Shown piece after piece: positions 10,563 to 25,084 of a stretch of 64,000 nucleotides of DNA. Under the pieces are notes generated by a model that was not told the DNA's origin, searched no databases, and saw only the letters and a list, made by a program, of their open reading frames with translations. The translations under genes were made by a program, and so were the position numbers. The stretch is from Neoechinorhynchus agilis (Eukaryota > Animalia > Acanthocephala): the NCBI GenBank assembly GCA_051530055.1, contig CM121342.1, positions 5,765,489 through 5,829,488 on the forward strand. The letters run 5' to 3'. The first letter of the stretch is position 1; each line of letters begins with the position of its first letter.

Positions 10563-12779
10563 TCAACGATTACGACGACGATCATGCTCATTTCGTCGGT
10601 GAGCTTGACTAAGAAATGATATCGACAACTCACCCTCCTCCAAGTGCTTCTCCGATTTTTCTCTTTGTAAGTCCCGTTTATGACGTTTTATCCGCTCATT
10701 ACGCTTCTCCGAGTGCCATTTGGCGTTCAAAAGCATCTCGTTCAATCGACGGTCATCATCTTTAACCAAGGAAACACGACGCTTCTCGCGCTTATGACCA
10801 ATTGGTCGATGCTCTTTTAAACTCGGTCTACGAACCTTTATTTTGTCCTTTTGCTTTATAATTGTTCTCAGTTTAAACGAAAACGGAATTTCTGTTTCGT
10901 TCTAAGCCAACAAAAATACATAAAACCCAAACAAAGGAGCGATTTTAAGTGAATTTCAAAAACCGAATCGTTCAATCGACGGTCCTCAGTTCTCGATTTA
11001 AACGAAAACGGAATCTCTGTTTCGGTTTAGGCAAACAAAAGGACAGAAAAACGAAACCAAGGAGCGATTTTAAGTGAAATTCAAAAACCGAATCGTTCAA
11101 TCGACGGTCCTCAGTTCTCAGTTTAAACGAAAACGGAATTTCTGTTTCGGTTTAGGCAAACAAAAGGACAGAAAAACGCAACAAAGGACAGAATTTAAGT
11201 GAATTTCAAAAACCGAATCGTTCAATCGACGATCATTAGTTCTCAGCCAACAAAAGTACAGAAAAACGAAACCGAGGAGCGATTTTAAGTGAATTTCAAA
11301 AACCGAATCGTTCAATCGACGGTCATTAGTTCTCAGTTTAAACGAAAACGGAATTTCTGTTTCGTTCTAAGCCAACAAAAGTACAGAAAAACGAAACCGA
11401 GGAGCGATTTTAAGTGAATTTCAAAAACCGAATCGTTCAATCGACGGTCCTCAGTTCTCGATTTAAACGAAAACGGAATTTCTGTTTCGTTTTAAGCAAA
11501 CGAAAGGACAGAAAAACGCAACAAAGGACAGAATTTAAGTGAATTTCAAAAACCGAATCGTTCAATCGACGATCATTAGTTCTCAGCCAACAAAAATACA
11601 GAAAAACGAAACCAAGGAGCGATTTTAAGTGAAATTCAAAAACCGAATCGTTCAATCGACGGTCCTCAGTTCTCAGTTTAAACGAAAACGGAATTTCCGC
11701 TTCGTTTTAAGCCAACAAAAATACATAAAACCCAAACAAAGGAGCGATTTTAAGTGAATTTCAAAAACCGAATCGTTCAATCGACGGTCATTAGTTCTCA
11801 GAACAAAACGAAACAAAGGAGATTTAAGTGAATTTCAAACCGAATCGTTCAATCGACGGTCTAGTTCTCTTTAAACGAACGGAATTTGTTTCGTTTAAGC
11901 CAACAAAAGTACAGAAAAACGAAACCGAGGAGCGATTTTAAGTGAATTTCAAAAACCGAATCGTTCAATCGACGGTCCTCAGTTCTCGATTTAAACGAAA
12001 ACGGAATTTCTGTTTCGTTTTAAGCAAACAAAGGACAGAAAAACGCAACAAAGGACAGAATTTAAGTGAATTTCAAAAACCGAATCGTTCAATCGACGAT
12101 CATTAGTTCTCAGCCAACAAAAATACAGAAAAACGAAACCAAGGAGCGATTTTAAGTGAAATTCAAAAACCGAATCGTTCAATCGACGGTCCTCAGTTCT
12201 CAGTTTAAACGAAAACGGAATTTCCGCTTCGTTTTAAGCCAACAAAAATACATAAAACCCAAACAAAGGAGCGATTTTAAGTGAATTTCAAAAACCGAAT
12301 CGTTCAATCGACGATCATTAGTTCTCTGCCAACAAAAATACAGAAAAACGAAACCAAGGAGCGATTTTAAGTGAATTTCAAAAACCGAATCGTTCAATCG
12401 ACGGTCCTCAGTTCTCAATTTAAACGAAAACGGAATCTCTGCTTCGTTTTAAGCCAACAAAAGTACAGAAAAACGAAACCAAGGAGACATTTTAAGTGAA
12501 TTTCTTGCTCTCGAACTAAAAACTAGAACCAAAGAGAAATTCCGTTTCATTAACAGGATTATCTAGAATTTTCTTCCGTTCCTCCAACTCTCGTCGCTTT
12601 ATCTGGAACAGTGGATCCTCTCTGATTTTGTTTGCAACGTCGACTGTGAAGCCTTTGTCGTTGTAGTTTGACGAACCTTTCTGCAAAACGGTGCTACTAT
12701 CGATTCTTCGGCCCAATAAATACTCTTCAGGATCAGTTTTCCCGTCATACATCCATTCAAGGTTTTTCTGTTCGGACAT
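10563..12779 (-). CDS. CWC25: Pre-mRNA splicing factor CWC25 homologue, interrupted by a 1.67-kb array
   Basis: LEWMY..EYLLGRRID..KIREDPLFQIKRRE..ILDNPV (12779-12550) and EMLLNAKWHSEKRNERIKRH (10769-10563) match the CWC25 central and C-terminal motifs. Confidence 0.85.
10877..12549. repeat. Tandem array of 125/90-bp units bounded by imperfect inverted repeats and TTAA
   Basis: TTCAATCGAC recurs at 10971, 11096, 11221, 11311, 11436, 11561, 11651, 11776 and onward; TTAA at 10873-76 and 12550-53. Confidence 0.95.
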
Positions 12780-13246
12780 CTTTATTCAAAATTTTCTCGT
12801 TCATGGATGATCTTTGATCCGTTTTTTTGAAATTGCGCGTATTTCACGGAAGAACTTTTAATTTTGCGAACGGTTTTCGAATGTTTGCTTATGGCCATTT
12901 AAAAAAATCGAAGGAATTTTAGTGAAATCTTGTTGTTTTTGGGCAATATAAAAGTGTTCTATTTATATTTCCATCAATTGTTTCGCCGTAAACAAACACG
13001 TTATGACCAGTCTCAAAAATTTTTCTTTATTTTTTTCATGCAAGATCACATTCGGGTGGAATGATATTCTTGTTGTTCGGATCAAACACCGAGACTCATT
13101 TTTATTGCTTAATATTTCGTGAAAAAAATCCACCTCGTCATACATTGTTTCCGAAGAAAACAATGTCTAGTAAGCTTGATTTCTTCAATATGGAAGAAAA
13201 GTAAATAAAATTTAGTCTTATTTTATGTTGTATTTAGGCGTGTTCA

Positions 13247-13603
13247 ATGAGCAATGAAGATTCGTCTAAATGGCGGATAATGGATAAAATTGAACAACAA
13301 CGTGACCAGGTTCGTAACGCAGTGGGTCTAGCTCGTTATTTTCGACGGATGCGAGATGAAAGAAGAGCGTGCAATGAGCTACTTAAGTTGGTTCAAGAAG
13401 CGTGCGAGAGCAGAGACGATATTAGTCCAGAGATGGATCGGTATAAGCATTTATCCGAATCTGTTGAATATATGAAGACGTGGAATGAATCGGATAGGCG
13501 AATTCGTAAAATGGATTGGACATACATTACCGTTGAACGTACAAATCGCCTGAGAACGTTAAAGAACTCGTGCGACGCTATGAAGAAAATATTAAATATG
13601 TGA
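13247..13603 (+). CDS. Hypothetical charged, predicted coiled-coil protein (118 aa)
   Basis: ATG-to-stop ORF with protein-like composition; no family recognised. Confidence 0.5.
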   Translation: MSNEDSSKWRIMDKIEQQRDQVRNAVGLARYFRRMRDERRACNELLKLVQEACESRDDISPEMDRYKHLSESVEYMKTWNESDRRIRKMDWTYITVERTNRLRTLKNSCDAMKKILNM

Positions 13604-13654
13604 AACAGTGAGAGTGGTCGAGTGCGATTTCTACTCGCTGAAACCAAGTGTGCC

Positions 13655-15265
13655 ATCACAATCTCAATGTGACGTAATGGCATCTATTCTCTGCAACAAG
13701 ATATAAAATCATCATGTTTGCGTGTTGAAATGGAAATATTACACGCGTTTCATTTGGGGGCAAAAGGTGCAATCTCAGTATGACGTAACGGCATCTATTC
13801 TCTGCAACAGGATATAAAATCATCATGTTTGCGTGTTGAAATGGAAATATTACACGCGTTTCATTTGGGGGCAAAAGGTGCAATCTCAGTATGACGTAAC
13901 GCAATCTATTCTCTGCAACAGGATATAAAATCATCATGTTTGCGTGTTGAAATGGAAATATTACACGCGTTTCATTTGGGGCAAAAGGTGCAATCTCAGT
14001 ATGACGTAACGGCATCTATTCTCTGCAACAGGATATAAAATCATCATGTTTGCGTGTTGAAATGGAAATATTACACGCGTTTCATTGGGGCAAAAGGTGC
14101 AATCTCAGTATGACGTAACGGCATCTATTCTCTGCAACAGGATATAAAATCATCATGTGTGCGTGTTGAAATGGAAATATTACACGCGTTTCATTTGGGG
14201 GCAAAAGGTGCAATCTCAGTATGACGTAACGGCATCTATTCTCTGCAACAGGATATAAAATCATCATGTTTGCGTGTTGAAATGGAAATATTACACGCGT
14301 TTCATTTGGGGGCAAAAGGTGCAATCTCAGTATGACGTAACGGCATCTATTCTCTGCAACAGGATATAAAATCATCATGTTTGCGTGTTGAAATGGAAAT
14401 ATTACACGCGTTTCATTTGGGGGCAAAATGTGCAATCTCAGTATGACGTAACGGCATCTATTCTCTGCAACAGGATATAAAATCATCATGTTTGCGTGTT
14501 GAAATGGAAATATTACACGCGTTTCATTTGGGGCAAAAGGTGCAATCTCAGTATGACGTAACGGCATCTATTCTCTGCAACAGGATATAAAATCATCATG
14601 TTTGCGTGTTGAAATGGAAATATTACAAGCGTATCATTTGGGGGGAAAAGGTGCAATCTCAGTATGACGTAACGGCATCTATTCTCTGCAACAGGATATA
14701 AAATCATCATATGTGCGTGTTGAAATGGAAATATTACACGCGTTTCATTTGGGGGCAAAAGGTGCAATCTCAGTATGACGTAACGGCATCTATTCTCTGC
14801 AACAGGATATAAAATCATCATGTTTGCGTGTTGAAATGGAAATATTACACGCGTTTCATTTGGGGGCAAAAGGTGCAATCTCAGTATGACGTAACGGCAT
14901 CTATTCTCTGCAACAGGATACAAAATCATCATATGTGCGTGTTGAAATGGAAATATTACACGCGTTTCATTTGGGGGCAAAAGGTGCAATCTCAGTATGA
15001 CGTAACGGCATCTATTCTCTGCAACAAGATATAAAATCATCATATGTGCGTGTTGAAATGGAAATATTACACGCGTTTCATCTGGGGGCAAAAGGTGCAA
15101 TCTCAGTATGACGTAACGGCATCTATTCTCTGCAACAGGATATTAAATCATCATGTGTACGTGTTGACATTTAAATATTACAGGCGTTTCATTTGGGGGC
15201 AAAATGTGCAATCTCAGTATGACGTAATGTCATCTATTCTCTGCAACAGGATATAAAATCATCAC
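13655..15265. repeat. 111-bp tandem array (~14.5 copies)
   Basis: Unit CAATCTCAGTATGACGTAACGGC...GGGGGCAAAAGGTG; explains the 37-aa periodic ORFs; internal hairpin GCGTGT...ACACGC. Confidence 0.97.
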
Positions 15266-15369
15266 GTATACGCGATGAACTAAGCGAGCGATATTAAATA
15301 GTTGACTTGCATAAGAAAAAAGAGCACTACCGACCACTACTTATATTACACGCGTTCACACTAACCCTC

Positions 15370-16236
15370 CTATTTTTCCTTTGTCTCGTCTGCGGCTTGT
15401 TTCTTGAGTTGAGATAGTAGACTGTATGATACGAGGGCAGATAAGAGATGAAAGGTGAGTTTTAAAGCGACTAAAGCACTGATCCACCACTGTTTTGTCG
15501 CTTCTTGAAACCGATGAGCACTCATAAAGATTGTGGCTAATTCGAGACTGGAAGCGAATAGATTTGACATAATGAGTTTCTGTTTGTCTTTTTCGAATAG
15601 AAGACACGATCCAGTGCTTGATTGGAACGATCGCCCGAGCAAAAGACATCCGGACAGTTTAATCAACGGAAGGCTCTGAGGGTCACTTGGTCGTCCGCCT
15701 AGCAACAGCATTACATGCATGCTTGGCAGGCTTAAGTAAGCGAGAGCTTGAACTAACGAGATGAATCCATCGAGTCGTAAAAGTCGATTGGTCCACGTAG
15801 GACGATCAACGTAGTTATTTTGGCACTTTGACATATAATAAAAAATGGACAGTACAGCCATGTCCCCAACGACCAACAAAGTCGCGAGTTGCGCGTACTT
15901 ATCGTGCCCGGCGACCGTGGACACTATGAAGACCACACCGACGCTTGCTACGAGCCGAGAGTAGATGTAGATGTGGTACGGTTGGATGTAAAAATCACGT
16001 TCGCGTTTGAACATCGCCAATGAGTACGTACTTAAAGAAACGATGTAACAGCCGGCTAGTGACGTCAGAGGTGATGTAACATTGAATGGCTGAGCGATTA
16101 ACAAAAGTCCCAGCATAATATTGAATACTGCGTCCATTAAAAGCCACGCCCGGTGGCTCAGGAATACCGACAATAACGGCTTCGTTAGAATCGGAGCAAG
16201 AAATACGAAACGATCAATCCGGTGAATAAGAGACAT
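15370..16236 (-). CDS. Hypothetical multi-pass membrane protein (288 aa)
   Basis: Long intronless ORF with several hydrophobic segments; family not recognised. Confidence 0.7.
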   Translation of the reverse strand: MSLIHRIDRFVFLAPILTKPLLSVFLSHRAWLLMDAVFNIMLGLLLIAQPFNVTSPLTSLAGCYIVSLSTYSLAMFKRERDFYIQPYHIYIYSRLVASVGVVFIVSTVAGHDKYAQLATLLVVGDMAVLSIFYYMSKCQNNYVDRPTWTNRLLRLDGFISLVQALAYLSLPSMHVMLLLGGRPSDPQSLPLIKLSGCLLLGRSFQSSTGSCLLFEKDKQKLIMSNLFASSLELATIFMSAHRFQEATKQWWISALVALKLTFHLLSALVSYSLLSQLKKQAADETKEK

Positions 16237-16284
16237 CTGAAAAACTAATTTTCGTTCGAAACAACGGAAAATCCGTCAAAAATA

Positions 16285-16880
16285 TCCAATTATACACGGA
16301 AGAACACTGATGAATTCTAGTCATTTCGTACAAATAAACAAAACAGCTCACGAATTAGTGCTTAACAACACCGAAGCGAAAAAGATAAGATAATTCTGAT
16401 AATTTTAACTCGCACTCCCCAAGAGATTTGCAATTATACACGGAAGAACACTGATGAATTCTGTTTAAAAACGTCATGTCCAAAACGAATCAGCAGGTGA
16501 AAACACGGAAGAATCGAAGCCAATTGACAATTTTAACTCTCACTGCCCAAAAGATTTGCAAATATACACGGAAGAACACTGATGAATTCTAGTCATTTCG
16601 TACAAATAAACAAAACAGCTCACGAATTAGTGCTTAACAACACCGAAGCGAAAAAGATAAGATAATTCTGATAATTTAACTCGCACTCCCCAAGAGATTT
16701 GCGATTATACACGGAAGAACACTGATGAATTCTGTTTAAAAACGTCACGTCCAAAACGAATCAGCAGGTGAAAACACGGAAGAACTAAAGCCAATTGACA
16801 ATTTTAACTCTCACTGCCCAAGATTTGCGATTATACACGGAAGAACACTGATGAATTCTGTTCAAAAACGTCATGTCCAT
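16285..16880. repeat. ~270-bp dimeric repeat (144 + 126 bp subunits)
   Basis: Core ATACACGGAAGAACACTGATGAATTCT occurs five times with alternating ~144/126 spacing. Confidence 0.9.
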
Positions 16881-17193
16881 TGGTTTATTTGGTTCTAAAA
16901 AACCCGGAAGCGAAACGATAAAGTTAATTTGAGTGCCCACTCCTGGGATCAAAACCTATTAGTCGTCTGCCTGTATTTTTTTCCCTATTAACGATTTCTA
17001 GAACAGCTTTTTCTTTAGTGAAACGTCTTGAAGTGGCACTTTGAGGGCTCTTTAAAATTTGTTTGACTGACGGCATCAAAAGCAGCGAACTAAAGTTAAA
17101 CAAATCGATTTCTGCTTGTTTTTTTAAAAGACCCCGGAAGAACGGTTTTTCGTTTCCTCGTTAAAGTTCACATTCTGCGTTAAAAAATTGGTA

Positions 17194-19210
<2,017 letters not shown>

Positions 19211-19619
19211 TAAAAGCCATCAGAAATGGTCGTTTTATCTTGAATTTTTTTTAATAGCTTACTCAGTTTTTTCTCAGTTGTTTGTTTATTGCGCCTTTAA
19301 CTGTTTCCTTTTACATCTAATGAAAAAAATTGCGATAATCGAAATTTAATTTTTTTGAAAAATGCAGTGGACTTTTAGTGCCCGCTGAGTTGCTTGACCG
19401 AAAATTTTATAAGCCACCGACACTTTAGTTCTTAATTTCGTGTTGCCTGTAAAAGCAATGAGTCAACAAAGTCAGTTTTTACAAAGCCAAAAATTGCGTA
19501 TCTGTCTTTAACGCTCATATCTGTCGATTAGACTCATAAATTGTGTGTGGCGGTGGGCAAAAAATTATATCAAAGAATGAGTTATATCTAATTTCAGTTT
19601 ATTTTATTACACTTTTTGT

Positions 19620-19858
19620 TACACAACAACAAAACGCTGAAAACAATCATTACCGTCCACGAAGAAGAGCTTCCCTCAGTGGTCACGACCACAGACGCTG
19701 ATTTTTCCTCTTTTCTGTGGCGAGACCAATGTTTTGGCGTAGGAAGGCACCAGCTCCACTCGGTAACTCCTTCGTAAATCCAAGTGCCGAGCGCACCAAC
19801 CGCGTGAGACCTTCTCAGTTCTTTATATTTCGCAACCTTTCGGTCCTCCGCGGCAGTA
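19620..19858 (-). mobile_element. 3'-end fragment of a CRE-like retrotransposon
   Basis: Near-identical, with small deletions, to 23030-23307 (AAEDRKVAKYKELRRSH plus 3' UTR). Confidence 0.85.
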
Positions 19859-20319
19859 GCCACTTAACCCGGAGAAAGCACTAAAAACAAAAATTCAGTA
19901 AAAGAATCAACTTAAGCTGGCTTCATTTCCTAGTTAAATTGCAATATTCTGGCGGAAGGAAAAGGAGGACCCTTCGTGATAATCCTCGGAAAAAAGTATA
20001 GACGTCGAAAAAGTTGCATAAATATACGTTTCAGGATCTCACCGAGAAGATTTAATTGCTAAGCTTCATTCGATACTTTCAAATCGTAAGACAACCTTTA
20101 TTTTGGTAGAGCAAAAATTAAATGGGTTCCAATGGTAATCTGGACGAAATCATTCTTTGATTTTTTTGTTAGTCATAGATTAGTTTTATTTTGAACATGT
20201 GCGACTTTATATTCTTTAAGACTGTTTATTTTTTGTATTTTCCGTATCTTCGATTTTGCTTTTCCTAAGAATTTTATTTCATAATTTTTTTTGGGAACTT
20301 CGTTACCACAATTTAAGAT

Positions 20320-21162
<843 letters not shown>

Positions 21163-21374
21163 CTACCTGCGGAACGTACTGTTGCAATGAGCGATCAAAA
21201 TTAAATAAATCTAGCCTTGAGTTTGAATCCGTTTGGAGTTTTAATAAACAGTCGAAAGTAATCGACTACTTGAGCTTCTAACGTCTCATTCCAAATTTTT
21301 CTTATGTGCCCGTGATCTTACTCTTCCATCTCGTTAAACTCTAACGAAATTATACATAAAAGATTTCTGCACCA

Positions 21375-22260
21375 ATCACAAACTTTAATTGAACTTCTCT
21401 AAATGCTTCGAAATGATCCCCTCTCAATCTCCCGCAACTTCACATCCTTCCCCGATCTTCCAGATAGTCATCTCACTCAGAATTTTGAGATTCCAATTTC
21501 AATCAAATCTGAATTGGGCCCACCTTTAAAATTTACCTCCTTAAAAGCCTCCTCCATTTATTAATCCTTTCGCTCGATCTCTCCAAATTTTACTTCAGCG
21601 TCGTATCACGGAGAAGAGTGTCTAAGATTTGCACAGTTGATTTTCCTTCGTTCAATGAATGCCTTTATAAAATTTTAATAAAACAATCAAAACTTCTCTA
21701 TTTTTACAAAATTTTATTCCATTGCCCAATCTTCTCTCTCGGATATCAAGACCCGAAATGAACCTGCGGAAAGATCCAACCTCATAAACTCTGCTCTGAT
21801 CAAACCCGTAATCCACTCCAAAATCAACATTCATTCAACAAATCAGAACTCGAATGCTCCGGCGGACCCAAAGTTGCATGGATTCTCTTGTTAATTAACA
21901 AATAAACGTTTTATTATTAAATACTCGGAAAAGATGGCCAAACAACAAAAGGGAACTGCACCGGTCGCCGCTACGATTGCCCTGAAAATTAGTAGACAAA
22001 ATGGACTCTGGTGGAAGATCCAGAATCGGCGGAGATTGAGTTCCAATGACCGCTGCAATCGTCAGTGCTCACCATCTTCTCAACTTCTGGTTTTTCCAGG
22101 AAACGAAATGGACCTGCGGAAAGATCCAACCTCATAAACTCTCCTCTGATCAAACCCGTAATCCACTCCAAAATCAACATTCAATTAACAAATCAGAACT
22201 CGAGTGCTCCGGCGGACATCTGAGGAAGCCAAGGTTTTGGATCACGCGACCCTCGCTAAC
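21375..22260 (+). repeat. Inverted duplicate of ~46.2-47.1 kb (LINE relic plus ~1.4 units of the 350-bp repeat)
   Basis: 21381 AACTTTAATTGAACTTCTCTAAATGC is the reverse complement of the sequence at 47055-47080; identity continues into the 350-bp unit. Confidence 0.9.
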
Positions 22261-22554
22261 ATTCGTCTGTTCTACTTTTCATGATGGAAAGCAATAGAAT
22301 GAATCGAACTTGATTGATTTCTCACTCAGACAGCCAACGACCCTCCAAAAAAATTATCATTCCTGCTCACTTCACGAGTGCCATTTCTTTCGTTTTGTTT
22401 TTATCAGGAATTTCTTATAGGCAAATTCCTATCTCTCACTATTGATTCTATTGATTTTAACTGTGATTTCCTTTTTAAGAAAGGGGGATCTTTCGGAAGG
22501 ACGAGAGTGCTATTGGGGGTATTTTATTTGCTACGAATGCTTTTATCAATAAAG

Positions 22555-22974
22555 ATGACATCCGAGACACCTTCGGGTATCCACCTCACCGAATCGGCAT
22601 GGAATCGTTTGACGAAACGACCGGATAACCTCATGCGAACCCAAGAAACTGAATCTCAATTTGAACAAGAGGCCTATAGACACCTCAGAAACGAATATCT
22701 AACAAAACTTCGTGAACAAGAGCGATATTTAGGCACGGTTCAGCGAGCGAGTTCAGAAACTCTTGATAGCCGAATAAAATCATTAGAGAATCGGATTTTG
22801 AGGTCCGATTGCTCTATTTGTGACATTGAACACGCTGAACTCAAGAGCTGCTTACAATCGAATCAAGGGAGGTCGTTGGAATGCCACGGACTTTCAAATA
22901 AGTTCATTGATTGTGTCAATGAATACAGAAAACGAGTTGCCGAACAAGATTCATCGAATGATTTGGGCTTTTAA
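22555..22974 (+). CDS. CHCHD3: MICOS MIC19/CHCHD3-like twin CX9C protein
   Basis: IHLTESAWNRL N-terminal motif, coiled coil, C-terminal CDIEHAELKSC-x10-CHGLSNKFIDC. Confidence 0.7.
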   Translation: MTSETPSGIHLTESAWNRLTKRPDNLMRTQETESQFEQEAYRHLRNEYLTKLREQERYLGTVQRASSETLDSRIKSLENRILRSDCSICDIEHAELKSCLQSNQGRSLECHGLSNKFIDCVNEYRKRVAEQDSSNDLGF

Positions 22975-23029
22975 AAATAATCGATTTTTAGTTGAAAAGG
23001 AAACTTTAATTGCCAAATTTTCACCGGTT

Positions 23030-25020
23030 ACACACACAACAACAAAACGCTAAAAACAATCATTACCGTCCACGAAGAGCTTCCCTCAGTGGTCGCGACC
23101 ACAGACGCTGATTTTTCCTCTTTTCTGTGGCGAGACCAATGTTTTGGCGTAGGAAGGCACCAGCTCGTGTATTTCCTGGGCCTGGAGTCTATTCGGTAAC
23201 TCCTTCGTAAATCCAAGTGCCGATCGCACCAACCCTCTCCAAAAGGTATAAAAACGTGAGACCTTCTCAGTTCTTTATATTTCGCAACCTTTCGGTCCTC
23301 CGCGGCAGACCCGTGGCGTCCCAGAGAAGACGTTTGCCTTCTCGCCAAGGGAATACGGTGACGTCATCCGGACTACCATCCAGCCTACACAGGTTGCTTA
23401 ACTCTAAAATGTTTTGGGACGATCCCCCTTAATTTGTTGCAAACAAGACCATATCTCTCCCAGTGGATCCACGATCATTCCACACCGGCAACGATATTCG
23501 ACACAAATCGGTAGACCAAATCTGAGGGACACGTCGATCCGAACTGCTTCGTCTACGAGGAGTGTTCCCATGGACGCAATGAGTAAGGATTCTAACCATG
23601 CTGCCGATTCTCTTGTAGCGACTGCCAGCAATCTAGTCCGGTCGACCTCGTCGCGAGAGCCTGAAAGGCGACTGAAGGTTAATCCGAGATAGACTGTTTC
23701 ATTCACGGGAACTTGGTTCTAATCCGTCCTGGACCGCTGCTAGAAATTCGTCCGCTAAACAGAACTTGGGTCCCAATATAAGTTTTACCAGATTCCGACT
23801 CTCTTCGAATGATCCTAAAAACGCGGACAACGACATATCTACAGTTTTTCGATTACCCAAGCAACCAGACGATACAGGCAATGAAGCTTGTCGCCAGGCC
23901 TCGTCTGATAGCTGGATATTTAAAATGTGCACAAGACACGCCCTCACAATGTCATCGAGCTTCTTTAACTTATCGACGTGCTTGAAGAAGGAAGCAGTGC
24001 GCAGTTTATAAAGTAGTTTCGGGATAAAGATTGTATTCTTGATCATGAATAGAGCCTCGTGTGATCGCACAGCATCGTGATGTTCGGGAGTAGATGGTCG
24101 ATTTCATTTTCCACATTAGAATCAAAAGCGCAGCTCCGTAAAAGACTTAGCCGGTCAAGAGTGATCAATTCTAGACCGGGTGCCAGATTTCTGAAACCTT
24201 TGACGATTTCGCTCTGCGATGACTCGTCCTCGATGTTCATTACCAACAGTTCGCATTTCCCTGCATTGAGTTCAACGCCCATCTTCGAGGTCTCCCTAAT
24301 CAGTGTCTCCAAATCGCGTAGTACAACGGAGGGATCACCTCCGAGCGTAGCGTCATCCAAGTACCAAGCGTTGAAGCTGGAATGGAGACAGTGCGCTATT
24401 GGATTTACTGTTAGGGAGAATGTGATTGGACCGAGAAGATCTCCTTGCTGCACTCGTCCCGTTGGCATTAAGAAAATACTGGGCTTCTGGTACGTGACTC
24501 AAACAGAGCGGTACGGTGAATGAAATTGAAGGCATTTGTAAAGTCGCACTTCAAAATCACACACGGCGTTGAACTATTGGTGATGAACTGGCGGAGTGCG
24601 TGAACAATGGCTTCGGACCCGCAGGGTGTGCAGCATTCCAGTTGGACCGGGCGAAGTTGCTGCCCTATCCCTTCTGCAATACTCTTGCAAAGGATTTTAC
24701 CTGCAAGCCAACGGCGATGGGACAGATCCCACCAGTCTTTTTGTTCAAAGCGCACAAAGATGCGCAAAAAAATAACTCAAATGCCCGCGGATGTAAACTT
24801 TCTTCGATGAAAAGGTCGACAAAGATGGGTAGCAAGGGAGCGAGATGATATCCTTAAGGTGCTGAGGACGAAGCCCATCGAGACCATGGCCAGAACAATT
24901 GGCGAAGGAGGATATGGCCATTCTCAGTTCAACTGTCAAAGTGGAGTGTCTTTGAGGGACGAAACATGTAGGAATTCCTATTTGAGTTGAACCTTGCGGA
25001 TGGTGAATGGAATGACTCAT
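23030..25020 (-). mobile_element. Decayed CRE-like non-LTR retrotransposon (RT plus restriction-like endonuclease)
   Basis: GLDGLRPQHL, CGSEAIVHALR, KCDFTNAFN, VQQGDLLGP, WYLDD, WRQASLPVSSGCLG, RESAAWL, CRCG Zn-knuckle, AEDRKVAKY; spread over six frames. Confidence 0.9.
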
Positions 25021-25084
25021 ATCGAGAGAAAATCGATATCGAGATGGTAAATTTTGACTTGTGGTGAAGATTCATTTTTTGACT

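Noticed and set aside
13656-15256. Long ORFs of 37-aa repeats
   Set aside because: Direct consequence of a 111-bp unit with a stop-free frame; frames break at homopolymer indels, and there is no unique N- or C-terminus.
16285-16880. CTGATGA repeated five times, possible hammerheads
   Set aside because: No stem II-GAAA partner in any order that I could pair.
23404-25020. Programmed frameshifting in the CRE element
   Set aside because: Five or more frame changes plus deletions indicate decay or read error.
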